Assembly (NCBI GenBank): GCA_000830295.1
Contig: CP010425.1
Coordinates: forward strand, 35,927-99,926
Direction: 5' to 3'
Length of the DNA stretch: 64,000 nucleotides
DNA from: an archaeon GW2011_AR15
GTDB taxonomy: Archaea > Nanobdellota > Nanobdellia > Woesearchaeales > GW2011-AR15
Part shown: one piece after another, positions 18,945-27,607 of the stretch
Position numbering within the stretch: position 1 is the first letter of the stretch
Layout of the letters: each line of letters starts with the position of its first letter
Notes under the pieces: model-generated
Told to the model about the DNA's origin: nothing
Databases searched by the model: none
What the model saw: only the letters and a program-made list of their open reading frames with translations
Position numbers and translations under genes: made by a program

Positions 18945-19517
18945 ATGACTAAGAAAAAGAAGATATATTTTGACAGCATAAAGAAGCATCTTACCCTGAG
19001 GAATTTCCTGATTGCGGGCATAGCCCTTATCATCTACCTTATGTTTGCAGACCTGGCAAAGGCAATATTATTTACAGCCCTCTTTGTCCCGCTCGGCACA
19101 GTCTCCATCAAGGTAACCAGGCTGCTGCCGCAGGCAAACATCGAGGTCATAACGCCTTGCAGCTTTTTCCTCGGCTACCTCTATGGCTGGCCCGTGGGCG
19201 TCTTTTACGGCGTAATCCTGGGCGCATACATGTGGTCAACCGCATACAGCATTTCCCAGTTCGTCGTCATGTCGCTGTTCCTGAACGGCGTTTCCGCATT
19301 TATGGGCCATTACTTCAGCACCTCTTTCGGATGGAGCTTTACATTCGCATATCTTCTGGCAATGGGCATAAGAAACATACTATATTTCACAATAGGCCTT
19401 CTTATAGGCGGCAATCCTGTGGAAAACACCATGCATACAATCACTGCCACCCTCACCAACATGCTGATTTTCCCTACTTTCATGATAATGCTGTATAACA
19501 TAGCAACAATAATCTAA
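18945..19517 (+). CDS. small polytopic membrane protein, paralogue 2
   Basis: Shares the core RLLPQANIEVIT...LGYLYGWPVGVFYGVILGAY with paralogues 1, 3 and 4. Confidence 0.6.
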   Translation: MTKKKKIYFDSIKKHLTLRNFLIAGIALIIYLMFADLAKAILFTALFVPLGTVSIKVTRLLPQANIEVITPCSFFLGYLYGWPVGVFYGVILGAYMWSTAYSISQFVVMSLFLNGVSAFMGHYFSTSFGWSFTFAYLLAMGIRNILYFTIGLLIGGNPVENTMHTITATLTNMLIFPTFMIMLYNIATII

Positions 19518-19527
19518 GGGAGCATGG

Positions 19528-20079
19528 ATGAAAAAGACAACAATCACTGAATTCATAAAGCAGAACGGGAAGATGCTTCTCCTTGCTGTTATCTCACTTA
19601 TAATTTTCAACAAGTATATCATAATAATCGGCGTCTTCATACTCTTCGGCATCCTGGGCATAATAAGCCTCCAGGTGACAAGGCTTATCCCCCATGTCTC
19701 AATAGAGACAATCTCGGCATCATCAATACTATTAGGCTATCTGTGGGGATGGAAGCTTGGGCTTGCATTCGGAGTCATTTTCGGGCTCTACGGCTACATG
19801 AAAATCTCGCTGATAAAGCTGAAGACAATTATTGCAGCAATGCTGATGGGCATCTGCGGCGTCATCGCTGCGATATTCGCCTCTCTCGGCTACTCTTTTG
19901 CCTCTGCATACCTGCTGACTTTCCTTATCAAGATGGGGCTCAACCAGATTATATTCCCCCTTGTGGAATCAAACATGACAGAAAACTTCATCCACTCTTT
20001 CGGAGACCCTATTTTCAACATGCTCATAACATTCCAATTAATGCAACTAATATATACTATACTCACTTTCATAGCATGA
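19528..20079 (+). CDS. small polytopic membrane protein, paralogue 3
   Basis: Shares the core RLIPHVSIETIS...LGYLWGWKLGLAFGVIFGLY with the other paralogues. Confidence 0.6.
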   Translation: MKKTTITEFIKQNGKMLLLAVISLIIFNKYIIIIGVFILFGILGIISLQVTRLIPHVSIETISASSILLGYLWGWKLGLAFGVIFGLYGYMKISLIKLKTIIAAMLMGICGVIAAIFASLGYSFASAYLLTFLIKMGLNQIIFPLVESNMTENFIHSFGDPIFNMLITFQLMQLIYTILTFIA

Positions 20080-20092
20080 GGAGGCATAAAAA

Positions 20093-20605
20093 ATGAAAAA
20101 CCTGTTCAAAAAACTTGACAAGATCGCCACGGATATTCCTGCATCAGAAATAATGGTCAAAGATATCAAGACAATAAATGAAACAGAAACTGCCCAGAAG
20201 GCTGTTGAGCTGATGTCAAAGCACTCAGTATCGGGGCTGATTGTGCAGGACACGACAGGAAAGACAATAGGGATAGTGAGCGAAGGCGACCTCCTGAAGA
20301 AAGTTTTCCTTAAGAAAAAAAGCCCTGCCAAAGTTAGAATCAGCGAAATTATGACGCGCGGCCTTGAGACAATCCCCCCTGAGAAAAGCATAGGGGAAAC
20401 TGCGCTGATGATGAAGAGGCTCGGAATAAGCAGGCTTCCTGTAGTCAAAAATAAAGAAATACTGGGCATGGTCACAAAGTCCGACCTGCTTGAGGAGCTG
20501 AACGAGATCTACAGGCAGAACAGGAGGCTGCTCTGGGTTGCAGCAGTAATAACCCTGCAGTTCATAATAATAGCCGTACTGGTTGCAATGCTCATAAGCA
20601 AGTGA
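20093..20605 (+). CDS. CBS-domain pair protein with C-terminal transmembrane anchor
   Basis: Two CBS repeats (IMVKDIKTINE..., ISEIMTRGLETI...PVVKNKEILGMVTKSDLL) are followed by a hydrophobic C-terminal helix. Confidence 0.7.
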   Translation: MKNLFKKLDKIATDIPASEIMVKDIKTINETETAQKAVELMSKHSVSGLIVQDTTGKTIGIVSEGDLLKKVFLKKKSPAKVRISEIMTRGLETIPPEKSIGETALMMKRLGISRLPVVKNKEILGMVTKSDLLEELNEIYRQNRRLLWVAAVITLQFIIIAVLVAMLISK

Positions 20606-20610
20606 AGATA

Positions 20611-21192
20611 ATGAAGAATCCAAATACAATAAAAAAGGAGAACCAGAGATACCAGAGGCTCTTTGATAAATATTTTAAGATAAGGTATATACTCATCGGG
20701 GTAATCCTTATTTTCCTGTTCTCGCTGTACACTGATTTTTTCAAGGTGCTCATCCTTGTTGCGATGTTCCTTCCGCTGGCAGCCTACAGCATGATAGCCA
20801 GCAAGTTCGTGCCTCATATTGCTGTTGAGACTCTCTCAGGCAGCGTCTTGCTGCTCGGGTATCTTTACGGGCCGATGGTTGCGCTGATATTCGGCATAAT
20901 CGCAGGCTTCTACGGGATGTACAAGTCAAGCCACATAAAATACCTCATGATTATAAGAGTGGTCGTCACTGCACTGGTCGGCTTTGTCATGGCTTTTTTT
21001 ACAAACATAGATTTCAACCTGAATTTCATCATCGGAATAATAGCCATGAATGTTATACTGTACTTCCTTTACCTCCTCGTTGACCCTGACCCGATACAGA
21101 ATTACACGCACAGGGCAAGCCACATACTCTCCAACATATTCCTTCTCAGGTATCTGTTTTTGCTTCTCTACAACATAATAAAAATAATTTAA
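20611..21192 (+). CDS. small polytopic membrane protein, paralogue 4
   Basis: Shares the core KFVPHIAVETLS...LGYLYGPMVALIFGIIAGFY. The track start at 20602 is GTG, so the ATG at 20611 is used. Confidence 0.55.
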   Translation: MKNPNTIKKENQRYQRLFDKYFKIRYILIGVILIFLFSLYTDFFKVLILVAMFLPLAAYSMIASKFVPHIAVETLSGSVLLLGYLYGPMVALIFGIIAGFYGMYKSSHIKYLMIIRVVVTALVGFVMAFFTNIDFNLNFIIGIIAMNVILYFLYLLVDPDPIQNYTHRASHILSNIFLLRYLFLLLYNIIKII

Positions 21193-21218
21193 TAAATGGG
21201 CAGTGGTTTTCTCCGGCT

Positions 21219-22001
21219 ATGAAAATACTGAAAATACCTTTGTCAGCAGGTAACCTGAAGCAGAAAAAAGGACTGGAGAAGGGGCCTGATGCCGTAGCAG
21301 GAGAAGTAAAGAATTTCTTCCTTAAGGAATCCGAAGTGCTGCCTTTCCTTGATGTAGAGGATGTAAAGATAAATAATTCCAATATAGAAGAGGCCAACAG
21401 GCAGATTGCAAAGGCTGTCTCCGGCCTTGACATGCCTGCAATACTTCTTGGGGGGGACCATTCAATGACATATTCTGCTTTCAGGGCATTCTCAAAAAAA
21501 TACAGCAACCCCGGACTTCTTGTCTTTGACGCGCATCTTGACTGCGAAAACGATTTCAGCCCGCCCACGCATGAGGATTACCTCAGGGTGCTTATAGGAG
21601 AAGGCCACCTGAAGAAAGAGAATGCTGTTGTCATAGGGGTGAGGAACATGCATACGAATGAACTTGAATTTGCAAAGAAGAGCAAGCTGAAGATTTTTTC
21701 AATGCCCGAGATATACCAGGAAGGGAGGCACGTGGTTGCCGACTCATTCATGTCAGTTGCAAGGAAATTTGATGCGCTCTACATCTCTGTTGATGTTGAT
21801 GTGCTGGATCCTGCTTTTGCCCCCGGCACAGGGTATACGGAACCTGGCGGGCTTACAACAAGGGAGCTGATCTATTTTATACAGCGGCTGAAGAACCTGA
21901 AGAACATCCAGATGTGGGACCTGGTTGAGGTCAATCCTGATAAGGATATTAATAATATTACTGTCATGGCTGCTGCAAAGCTGGTTGTTGAGATGAGCTG
22001 A
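21219..22001 (+). CDS. arginase/agmatinase-family ureohydrolase
   Basis: Metal-binding motifs GGDHS, DAHLD and SVDVDVLDPAFAPGTG. Confidence 0.75.
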   Translation: MKILKIPLSAGNLKQKKGLEKGPDAVAGEVKNFFLKESEVLPFLDVEDVKINNSNIEEANRQIAKAVSGLDMPAILLGGDHSMTYSAFRAFSKKYSNPGLLVFDAHLDCENDFSPPTHEDYLRVLIGEGHLKKENAVVIGVRNMHTNELEFAKKSKLKIFSMPEIYQEGRHVVADSFMSVARKFDALYISVDVDVLDPAFAPGTGYTEPGGLTTRELIYFIQRLKNLKNIQMWDLVEVNPDKDINNITVMAAAKLVVEMS

Positions 22002-22785
22002 GAGACGCATTCAGTATATTGTGAAGTCTGGGTGTCTCATTGAGCTGCTTGTATATCAGGGTAAAATATCTCGGGTTCTCTTTTGTGGAATAGGCAAAAT
22101 ATTTTCTTTTTACAACAGCCTCATACCCCATTCTTACGGCCGGCAGCGGGTCCCATGAAATCATCCCATAGAGCTCCCTGATTCCCGCTTCCCACATCTT
22201 ATGCTCAAATATATTTGCAAGTACTGGACCAAGCAGCCCTCCCCTGGCCTCCTGCCTAATGTTAAAGTGCATATGGCCCATTCTTCCCGGAAATTTCCAT
22301 TTCCTGTTTTTTGCCAGGTTGTGGACAAATATGTCAAGCTTGTAAGGTGCAAATGCCGGCACTGACGCAAGCAGTTTTATTATGAACCTCCTGTTCATTG
22401 AGTTGCTGTATTTGCCACCCTCCCAAAAATACTTACCGATATTTCCGGAAAACATTTTTACCCACAGTTTATTTCTTTCAGCATCAAACTTTTTTCCTGA
22501 TGCTGCAATCATATATCCGATTACCCTGTTGTCCTGGCTGGCTGCTACGTAGGCATTCTCAGCCTCTAAATCAAGGTAGGACTTTGTCAGCAGTCTTCCG
22601 TAGAAATCCCTGTCAGAAAAAAACCTGTCTATGCCGATGCCGCTGACTGCAGTATCGCAGCATATATCCTCTATATACTTCCTGTCAGCCTCTTCAAATT
22701 TCCTTATAGTAAACCTGCTGCCTATCCTTGGATCTGCATAAGTAAAGGGGATAAGCTCATCTATGCCGGATAATTTGCTGCCCAT
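21964..22785 (-). CDS. hypothetical protein, possibly GNAT-like acyltransferase
   Basis: 273 aa with weak GNAT-like segments (VIGYMIAA, ...RGGLLG). Convergent 38-nt overlap with the arginase-family gene. Confidence 0.3.
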   Translation of the reverse strand: MGSKLSGIDELIPFTYADPRIGSRFTIRKFEEADRKYIEDICCDTAVSGIGIDRFFSDRDFYGRLLTKSYLDLEAENAYVAASQDNRVIGYMIAASGKKFDAERNKLWVKMFSGNIGKYFWEGGKYSNSMNRRFIIKLLASVPAFAPYKLDIFVHNLAKNRKWKFPGRMGHMHFNIRQEARGGLLGPVLANIFEHKMWEAGIRELYGMISWDPLPAVRMGYEAVVKRKYFAYSTKENPRYFTLIYKQLNETPRLHNILNASLSSSQQPALQQP

Positions 22786-22811
22786 GCTAAAAATTAAAGA
22801 AAATGTTATAT

Positions 22812-23207
22812 TTAAAGCCTGTACTCAACCCACTTTATTTTCTTGCTTTCAATTGCCTCTTTCAGTTTTTTCTCTACATCTGAGAGTTTTGCATTCCCTG
22901 TCTTTATCTCAACAAACACAACTTCCTCAGGTTCTTTATTGTCAAGCCCCCTGAAAACAATAAGGTCAATCGGGCTGCCTATGAACCTTGATTCTGTCGG
23001 GGAATACGGGAAGTCCGGAAGATACGGGGCAAGCTGCTCTGAGAATTTTCCTGTCAATACTTGTCGTGATTTTTCCACAGAATCTTTTCTTAATTTCGGC
23101 AGGCTTTCTTTCCATTCCTGGTCTTTCACAACAGAGCCTATCCAGTACCCTATCCATATCAGCACCAGTGCACCTGCAAGAAGAAGGACAATTGTTAATG
23201 GATCCAT
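22812..23207 (-). CDS. membrane-anchored endonuclease distantly related to archaeal Holliday-junction resolvase (COG4741-like)
   Basis: An N-terminal TM helix is followed by a restriction-endonuclease-like core (SPIDLIVF...VVFVEIKTGNAKLS). Confidence 0.5.
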   Translation of the reverse strand: MDPLTIVLLLAGALVLIWIGYWIGSVVKDQEWKESLPKLRKDSVEKSRQVLTGKFSEQLAPYLPDFPYSPTESRFIGSPIDLIVFRGLDNKEPEEVVFVEIKTGNAKLSDVEKKLKEAIESKKIKWVEYRL

Positions 23208-23242
23208 GATGAAAAAATAAGAAAAGAAGTTAATATAAGTTT

Positions 23243-23716
23243 CTATTGGACTATGAGCCTTCCTCTCATTTCCTGATGGCCAGAGCCGCAGAAAACGTTG
23301 CAGAAGAATGTGAACTCTCCTGTCTTGTCAGCAACGAACTCAACTGTGACTTCCTCGCCTGGAGAAAGCTTCTCGCTCACTCCGAATTCAGGAATGGCAA
23401 ACCCGTGGTCAACATCAACGCTTGTTATCAGAAGCCTGACAGTGTCCCCTTTATTTACTGTGATTTCAGCAGGGTCAAATTCCCAGTTCTTTGCAACAAT
23501 GCTGAATTCCCTGACTTCAGCAGCTGCATTATCTGAAACATCTGCATTATCTGATGTTTCCTGCTCCTCTCCTACCGGCTGGTCTGCCTCTTCCTGTGTC
23601 CCTGCACTGACATCTGCCTCTGCCTCAACATCTGCATTATCTGCATTATTGCCTGATGTTGTGCATGCGGATATCAGAAATGCTATAACCAAAATAACTG
23701 CTAATATCTTCCTCAT
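23243..23716 (-). CDS. cupredoxin-fold lipoprotein with CuA-type copper-binding motif
   Basis: Signal peptide with lipobox LISAC, an acidic linker, and His (DVDHGF) plus CNVFCGSGHQEM, a C-x3-C-x3-H-x2-M CuA-like site. The start is trimmed to MRKIL at 23716. Confidence 0.6.
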   Translation of the reverse strand: MRKILAVILVIAFLISACTTSGNNADNADVEAEADVSAGTQEEADQPVGEEQETSDNADVSDNAAAEVREFSIVAKNWEFDPAEITVNKGDTVRLLITSVDVDHGFAIPEFGVSEKLSPGEEVTVEFVADKTGEFTFFCNVFCGSGHQEMRGRLIVQ

Positions 23717-23825
23717 GGTATCACCCGTCTTCTGGATAATGGAAATCCAATATAAAGTTTTCGAATTCCTCTGAATGCATAATTTTAAATATAAATTTCT
23801 TCTCGGGTAGCTTTGGGGAAATAAA

Positions 23826-24593
23826 ATGAGTCTGAAAAGGGGAATCATGGATGCGGGGTTTATAGTCCTGGATGACAAGGTCATGGGAATAAACCTTGGC
23901 TGGGATGCGGCTACTGAGCATGAAACTGGGATAAGAGAGTTAAGGAAATCATTCGGCATCGGGCTTGATGAAAAGCTTCTGGGCTATGAGGCAAGGAAAA
24001 ATACAGCAGTACCGAAAACTCTTTTTTACCATGAGGATGAGACAGCATCTCTTGTATTCGTTCCTTATTCTTCCATTAGCTCAATTGAAGAGGCATTGGG
24101 ATACATCCCAAAACTTTATGACGGGGAAGATCTTGCCACAGGATGGGAAAGCGATGCATTTGCAGTCAGGACTACATTAGAGCACGGCGCTGCTCTGAAA
24201 AATGTGTATGAGGCTTTCAGGAAAAAGAGCGGGATAATAATGCTCGGCAACAGGACAACGCCTTTTGCGAATCCCGGACTAATTCTTATGGACTACAGGA
24301 AAATACCTGAAGAATATCTTGAAAAAGCAAGGGAAATTGACAGGACACACAGGGAAGAACAGGCAAATTACAGGAGACTGGAAAAGGAAAGTGGAGTGTT
24401 TGAGCTTCTTGAGAAAGGAGGCAAAGAATATTTTGCCTTAAGCATAAGGGGTCTTGGCGAAAACGGAAAGCCAAGGTGGTGGCTGTACCCTGAGCAGCAG
24501 GATAGGTATGAAGCAGGGTGGTACTCTACAGAAGATTTAAAGCTGTGGGCAAAAAACAAGGGCCCTGTAATGAGAGAAGCGGACAGCAGGTAA
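23826..24593 (+). CDS. hypothetical protein
   Basis: 255-aa ORF with coding-like composition and no recognised motif. Confidence 0.35.
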   Translation: MSLKRGIMDAGFIVLDDKVMGINLGWDAATEHETGIRELRKSFGIGLDEKLLGYEARKNTAVPKTLFYHEDETASLVFVPYSSISSIEEALGYIPKLYDGEDLATGWESDAFAVRTTLEHGAALKNVYEAFRKKSGIIMLGNRTTPFANPGLILMDYRKIPEEYLEKAREIDRTHREEQANYRRLEKESGVFELLEKGGKEYFALSIRGLGENGKPRWWLYPEQQDRYEAGWYSTEDLKLWAKNKGPVMREADSR

Positions 24594-24643
24594 ATTCTTG
24601 CAATCACAAATTTAATAAAGGAATCCTGATAAGAAAAAAAGAG

Positions 24644-25114
24644 ATGGCATTAAAACAGAGAATAGAGATAATACGCTCCATCTATAAGCATAAGGAGGCG
24701 TTGCCGATTACAATTTTAGCGGGCTCCCTCATGGCTTTTGTGCTGTTCTATTTCACGTATTTCGAGCAGATATACTGGAGCATGGGAAAGCTGTATGCAT
24801 ATGCACAGGTCATTATCCAGATATTATTATCCGCGCTCTTCGGAATAAACATTGCGCTGCTATGGTTCAAGCTGAAATTTGCTGCTTCTGCTAATTCAGG
24901 AAAAGAGATAGGGAGCATAACAATAGCTTCAGTGATAAGCATCATTGTTTCAGGCTGCCCTGTGTGTGGGATAACTCTTGCGTATTATCTCGGAATAGCT
25001 TCAATATTCGCTTCATTCCCGCTGTACGGGCTTGAGCTGAAAATAATCGGGCTGCTGCTTTTACTTTATTCGACAAACCTGCTGGCAAAAGACCTTTACT
25101 CATGCAAAATCTAG
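24644..25114 (+). CDS. hypothetical membrane protein with CPVCG motif
   Basis: Four predicted TM helices. The start is taken at MALKQ. Confidence 0.35.
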   Translation: MALKQRIEIIRSIYKHKEALPITILAGSLMAFVLFYFTYFEQIYWSMGKLYAYAQVIIQILLSALFGINIALLWFKLKFAASANSGKEIGSITIASVISIIVSGCPVCGITLAYYLGIASIFASFPLYGLELKIIGLLLLLYSTNLLAKDLYSCKI

Positions 25115-25624
25115 AAAATTCCTTATAATCTTTTCATTCCTGACTTCGGGGTGGAACATTATGCCGCAGAGATTCTTTTTTTTGTGCTTCACTGCCTGGA
25201 CTGATTCTTCAGACTCTGCCAGCACATAAAATTCATTAAGGTTATCAACCCCGTTCCCGTGCAGGCTGTATGCTTCAAAGTTTCCTGAAAACAGCGGATT
25301 CTCCCTCAGTGTCTTTATTTTAGTCATGCCTATCTCTTTGTTTTCAGTGATTCGTGCGCCATAGAGCAAACATAGAATCTGCATGCCTGAACATATGCCA
25401 AGCACGGGAGAGATTGTTTCTTTTAGAAATAAAAAACCGTTAATATTTTTCAGATACTCATTATCTTTCAGTGCCGTGCCGCAAATAATTATTTTATCAT
25501 ATCCAGACACATCCTTGACATTTGTATAATGCTTTACATCACATTTCCCTGCAATCCCCACAATCGGTTTTACAAATTCCTCCTCGCTTAATTTGTCAGC
25601 GCAGGTGCTTACCACAAGTATCAT
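25100..25624 (-). CDS. class I glutamine amidotransferase (GATase1) subunit
   Basis: Catalytic triad context GICSGMQ and HPE near the C-terminus. 174 aa. Its start overlaps the stop of the upstream PP-loop gene. Confidence 0.65.
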   Translation of the reverse strand: MILVVSTCADKLSEEEFVKPIVGIAGKCDVKHYTNVKDVSGYDKIIICGTALKDNEYLKNINGFLFLKETISPVLGICSGMQILCLLYGARITENKEIGMTKIKTLRENPLFSGNFEAYSLHGNGVDNLNEFYVLAESEESVQAVKHKKKNLCGIMFHPEVRNEKIIRNFLDFA

Positions 25625-26295
25625 TCCAGCTCTGCCTCTTTTATTTCGAAAACACCGTGGTTGCCTGAAAATCTTGCGCTGCTTTTTTTCACATTAATTT
25701 TTTTCCTGAAAAAAGGCGCACTCAGTACAAAACTCTCAAATTCACCGCCCTCGCCTGCAGGGTTTATTTTGTATTTTTCCTTCAGCCCCGCCAGCTCTTT
25801 CACTGCTTTCCTGTCAAGTCTTTTTCCGAGCCATGACTCATCAAAGGGGTATGCTGCAACGCCCACTATTATTACTTCAAATTTATTTTTCAGCAGGTCA
25901 TCAAGAAGCTGCAGCTGGTCAAGCTGCCATAAAGGATTGAAGCACCACAGCCCGAGCTCGTCGCATATCTTCTGTATCCTTGCTGCCTGGTAGACTGACC
26001 CGATTGCGCCTGTGACAACACCCTCAATCCGGAAAAGCTCAACAGCTTTTTTTACTGCCTCCTTCAGGTCCGCCAGTTCTGCTTCTTTTTTCCCTTCTGT
26101 CTCCGCAACAATCAAGGGAAGCCCTGCTGCCTCTGCCTGCAGCTGCGTAATCCCTGTATTGGGAGTGTGGAACATGTAGCTCTCGGGATTTTTTGATTTT
26201 ATGGTAATAAGGCTCGCAATTTCATGAAGCTGCATTGCCCTGTATATTGCATACGCAGAATCCTTCCCGCCTGAGAACAAGCCTGCCAGTCTCAT
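25621..26295 (-). CDS. PP-loop ATP pyrophosphatase of the MJ0570 family (diphthine-ammonia ligase Dph6-like)
   Basis: SGGKDS P-loop at the N-terminus and AGEGGEFESFV. The start is trimmed to MRLAGLFSGGKDS (ATGA overlap with cbf5). Confidence 0.6.
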   Translation of the reverse strand: MRLAGLFSGGKDSAYAIYRAMQLHEIASLITIKSKNPESYMFHTPNTGITQLQAEAAGLPLIVAETEGKKEAELADLKEAVKKAVELFRIEGVVTGAIGSVYQAARIQKICDELGLWCFNPLWQLDQLQLLDDLLKNKFEVIIVGVAAYPFDESWLGKRLDRKAVKELAGLKEKYKINPAGEGGEFESFVLSAPFFRKKINVKKSSARFSGNHGVFEIKEAELE

Positions 26296-27275
26296 TTTAT
26301 CCTTGGATATGTGCCCGGCTCCATTATTACCTTGCCTGCTTCCACTGCCATGCCCTTTTCTCCCATCATCTCTTTTGAGGTAAAGATAGCTTTCCCGTAG
26401 CATACAAGCTCGTCTTTCAGTGTGAATACTGCGACCATCTCCCCCTGGCTTATCCCTGATTCCAGCTTTGCTATCCCGGGAACTGCAAGAGAGGCTCCGT
26501 GGCACAGGCTGTCAACAGTGGTGTCCATCACCCATACCTTCGGGAGATGCCTCACAGCCTCCTCAACAGGCCTGATAACCTTTCTTATGAATTTCTCATT
26601 GTGGTGCTTCTTGTAGTAATACCATGCATCGGCGACATCCTGCAGGGTAAACAGCCCTTCTTCGCTGAAAGGCCCTGCCCTTGTCCTTCTCAGCTCTGCC
26701 ATGTGCGCCCCGCACTTCAGCTCCTGTCCCATGTCATGCACCAGCTTCCTGATGTATGTCCCTGCCTGGCAGCCGACCCTGAAAAGCACGTCCTGCTTTT
26801 CCAGGCCAAGCACTTCAATATAGTATATCCTCCTCTCCCTCAGCTGCCTTTTCACAGAGCTTTTTATCGGGGGCAGCTGCTTTATTTTTCCTGTGAATTT
26901 TTCAAATGCCTGGTAAAGCTCGTATTCAGGGACTTCCCTGTGGAGGTGCATCAGGCAGACATATTCTTTTCCTGCATTCAGCAGCGTCTGGATCACTTTC
27001 GTGGCCTTGCTTACTGCAACAGGCAGCACTCCTGTGACATTGGGGTCAAGCGTGCCTGAGTGCCCTCCCTTTTTTACCCCGAGAATCTTCTGGAGATAAG
27101 CAGAAACCTGATGGCTTGTCGGGCCCGCAGGTTTATCTATATTTATTACCCCGAGATTGAGAAGCTGCTCTACTGTCCTTTTGCCGGGATAAACCCCGAA
27201 CTTGTCGCTTGTCTCTGAGTCCTTCCTTACAAGAATCTCCCTTTTATTCTTCTCAAAAGGCAGTGTCGTTTCCAT
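26292..27275 (-). CDS. cbf5: H/ACA RNP pseudouridine synthase Cbf5
   Basis: TruB catalytic motif GHSGTLDPNVTGVLPV and a PUA domain at the C-terminus. The protein is 327 aa. Confidence 0.85.
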   Translation of the reverse strand: METTLPFEKNKREILVRKDSETSDKFGVYPGKRTVEQLLNLGVINIDKPAGPTSHQVSAYLQKILGVKKGGHSGTLDPNVTGVLPVAVSKATKVIQTLLNAGKEYVCLMHLHREVPEYELYQAFEKFTGKIKQLPPIKSSVKRQLRERRIYYIEVLGLEKQDVLFRVGCQAGTYIRKLVHDMGQELKCGAHMAELRRTRAGPFSEEGLFTLQDVADAWYYYKKHHNEKFIRKVIRPVEEAVRHLPKVWVMDTTVDSLCHGASLAVPGIAKLESGISQGEMVAVFTLKDELVCYGKAIFTSKEMMGEKGMAVEAGKVIMEPGTYPRIK

Positions 27276-27292
27276 AAGAGCAGGGATTGAAG

Positions 27293-27607
27293 TTATTTAT
27301 ATAAATGTCGCGATTTCCTTTTCCTGGATTTTTTCCCGCCCCTGTTCTGGTAAAGATAATAGCCAAGGAGCAGAGCGTTTGCAGCAGCAGAGTATACCCA
27401 GACATTCATCCGGGAAAGCCCGCCCGTAATCCTGTATGTGAATTCATTAAAGCCAAGGATAACCCCGAGGGCTGTTGTGAAACCTATGCTCATAAGCACA
27501 ACGAGAGCTATTTTTTCAAGCAGAGGCTCATCCTTAAAGAAGATCATTGTAAGCAGGAATCCCGGGACAACAAACACAAAAAGAAAGCCAAGAAACTGCA
27601 GAATCAT
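27293..27607 (-). CDS. small membrane protein
   Basis: Three TM helices and a basic C-terminal tail. Confidence 0.35.
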   Translation of the reverse strand: MILQFLGFLFVFVVPGFLLTMIFFKDEPLLEKIALVVLMSIGFTTALGVILGFNEFTYRITGGLSRMNVWVYSAAANALLLGYYLYQNRGGKKSRKRKSRHLYK

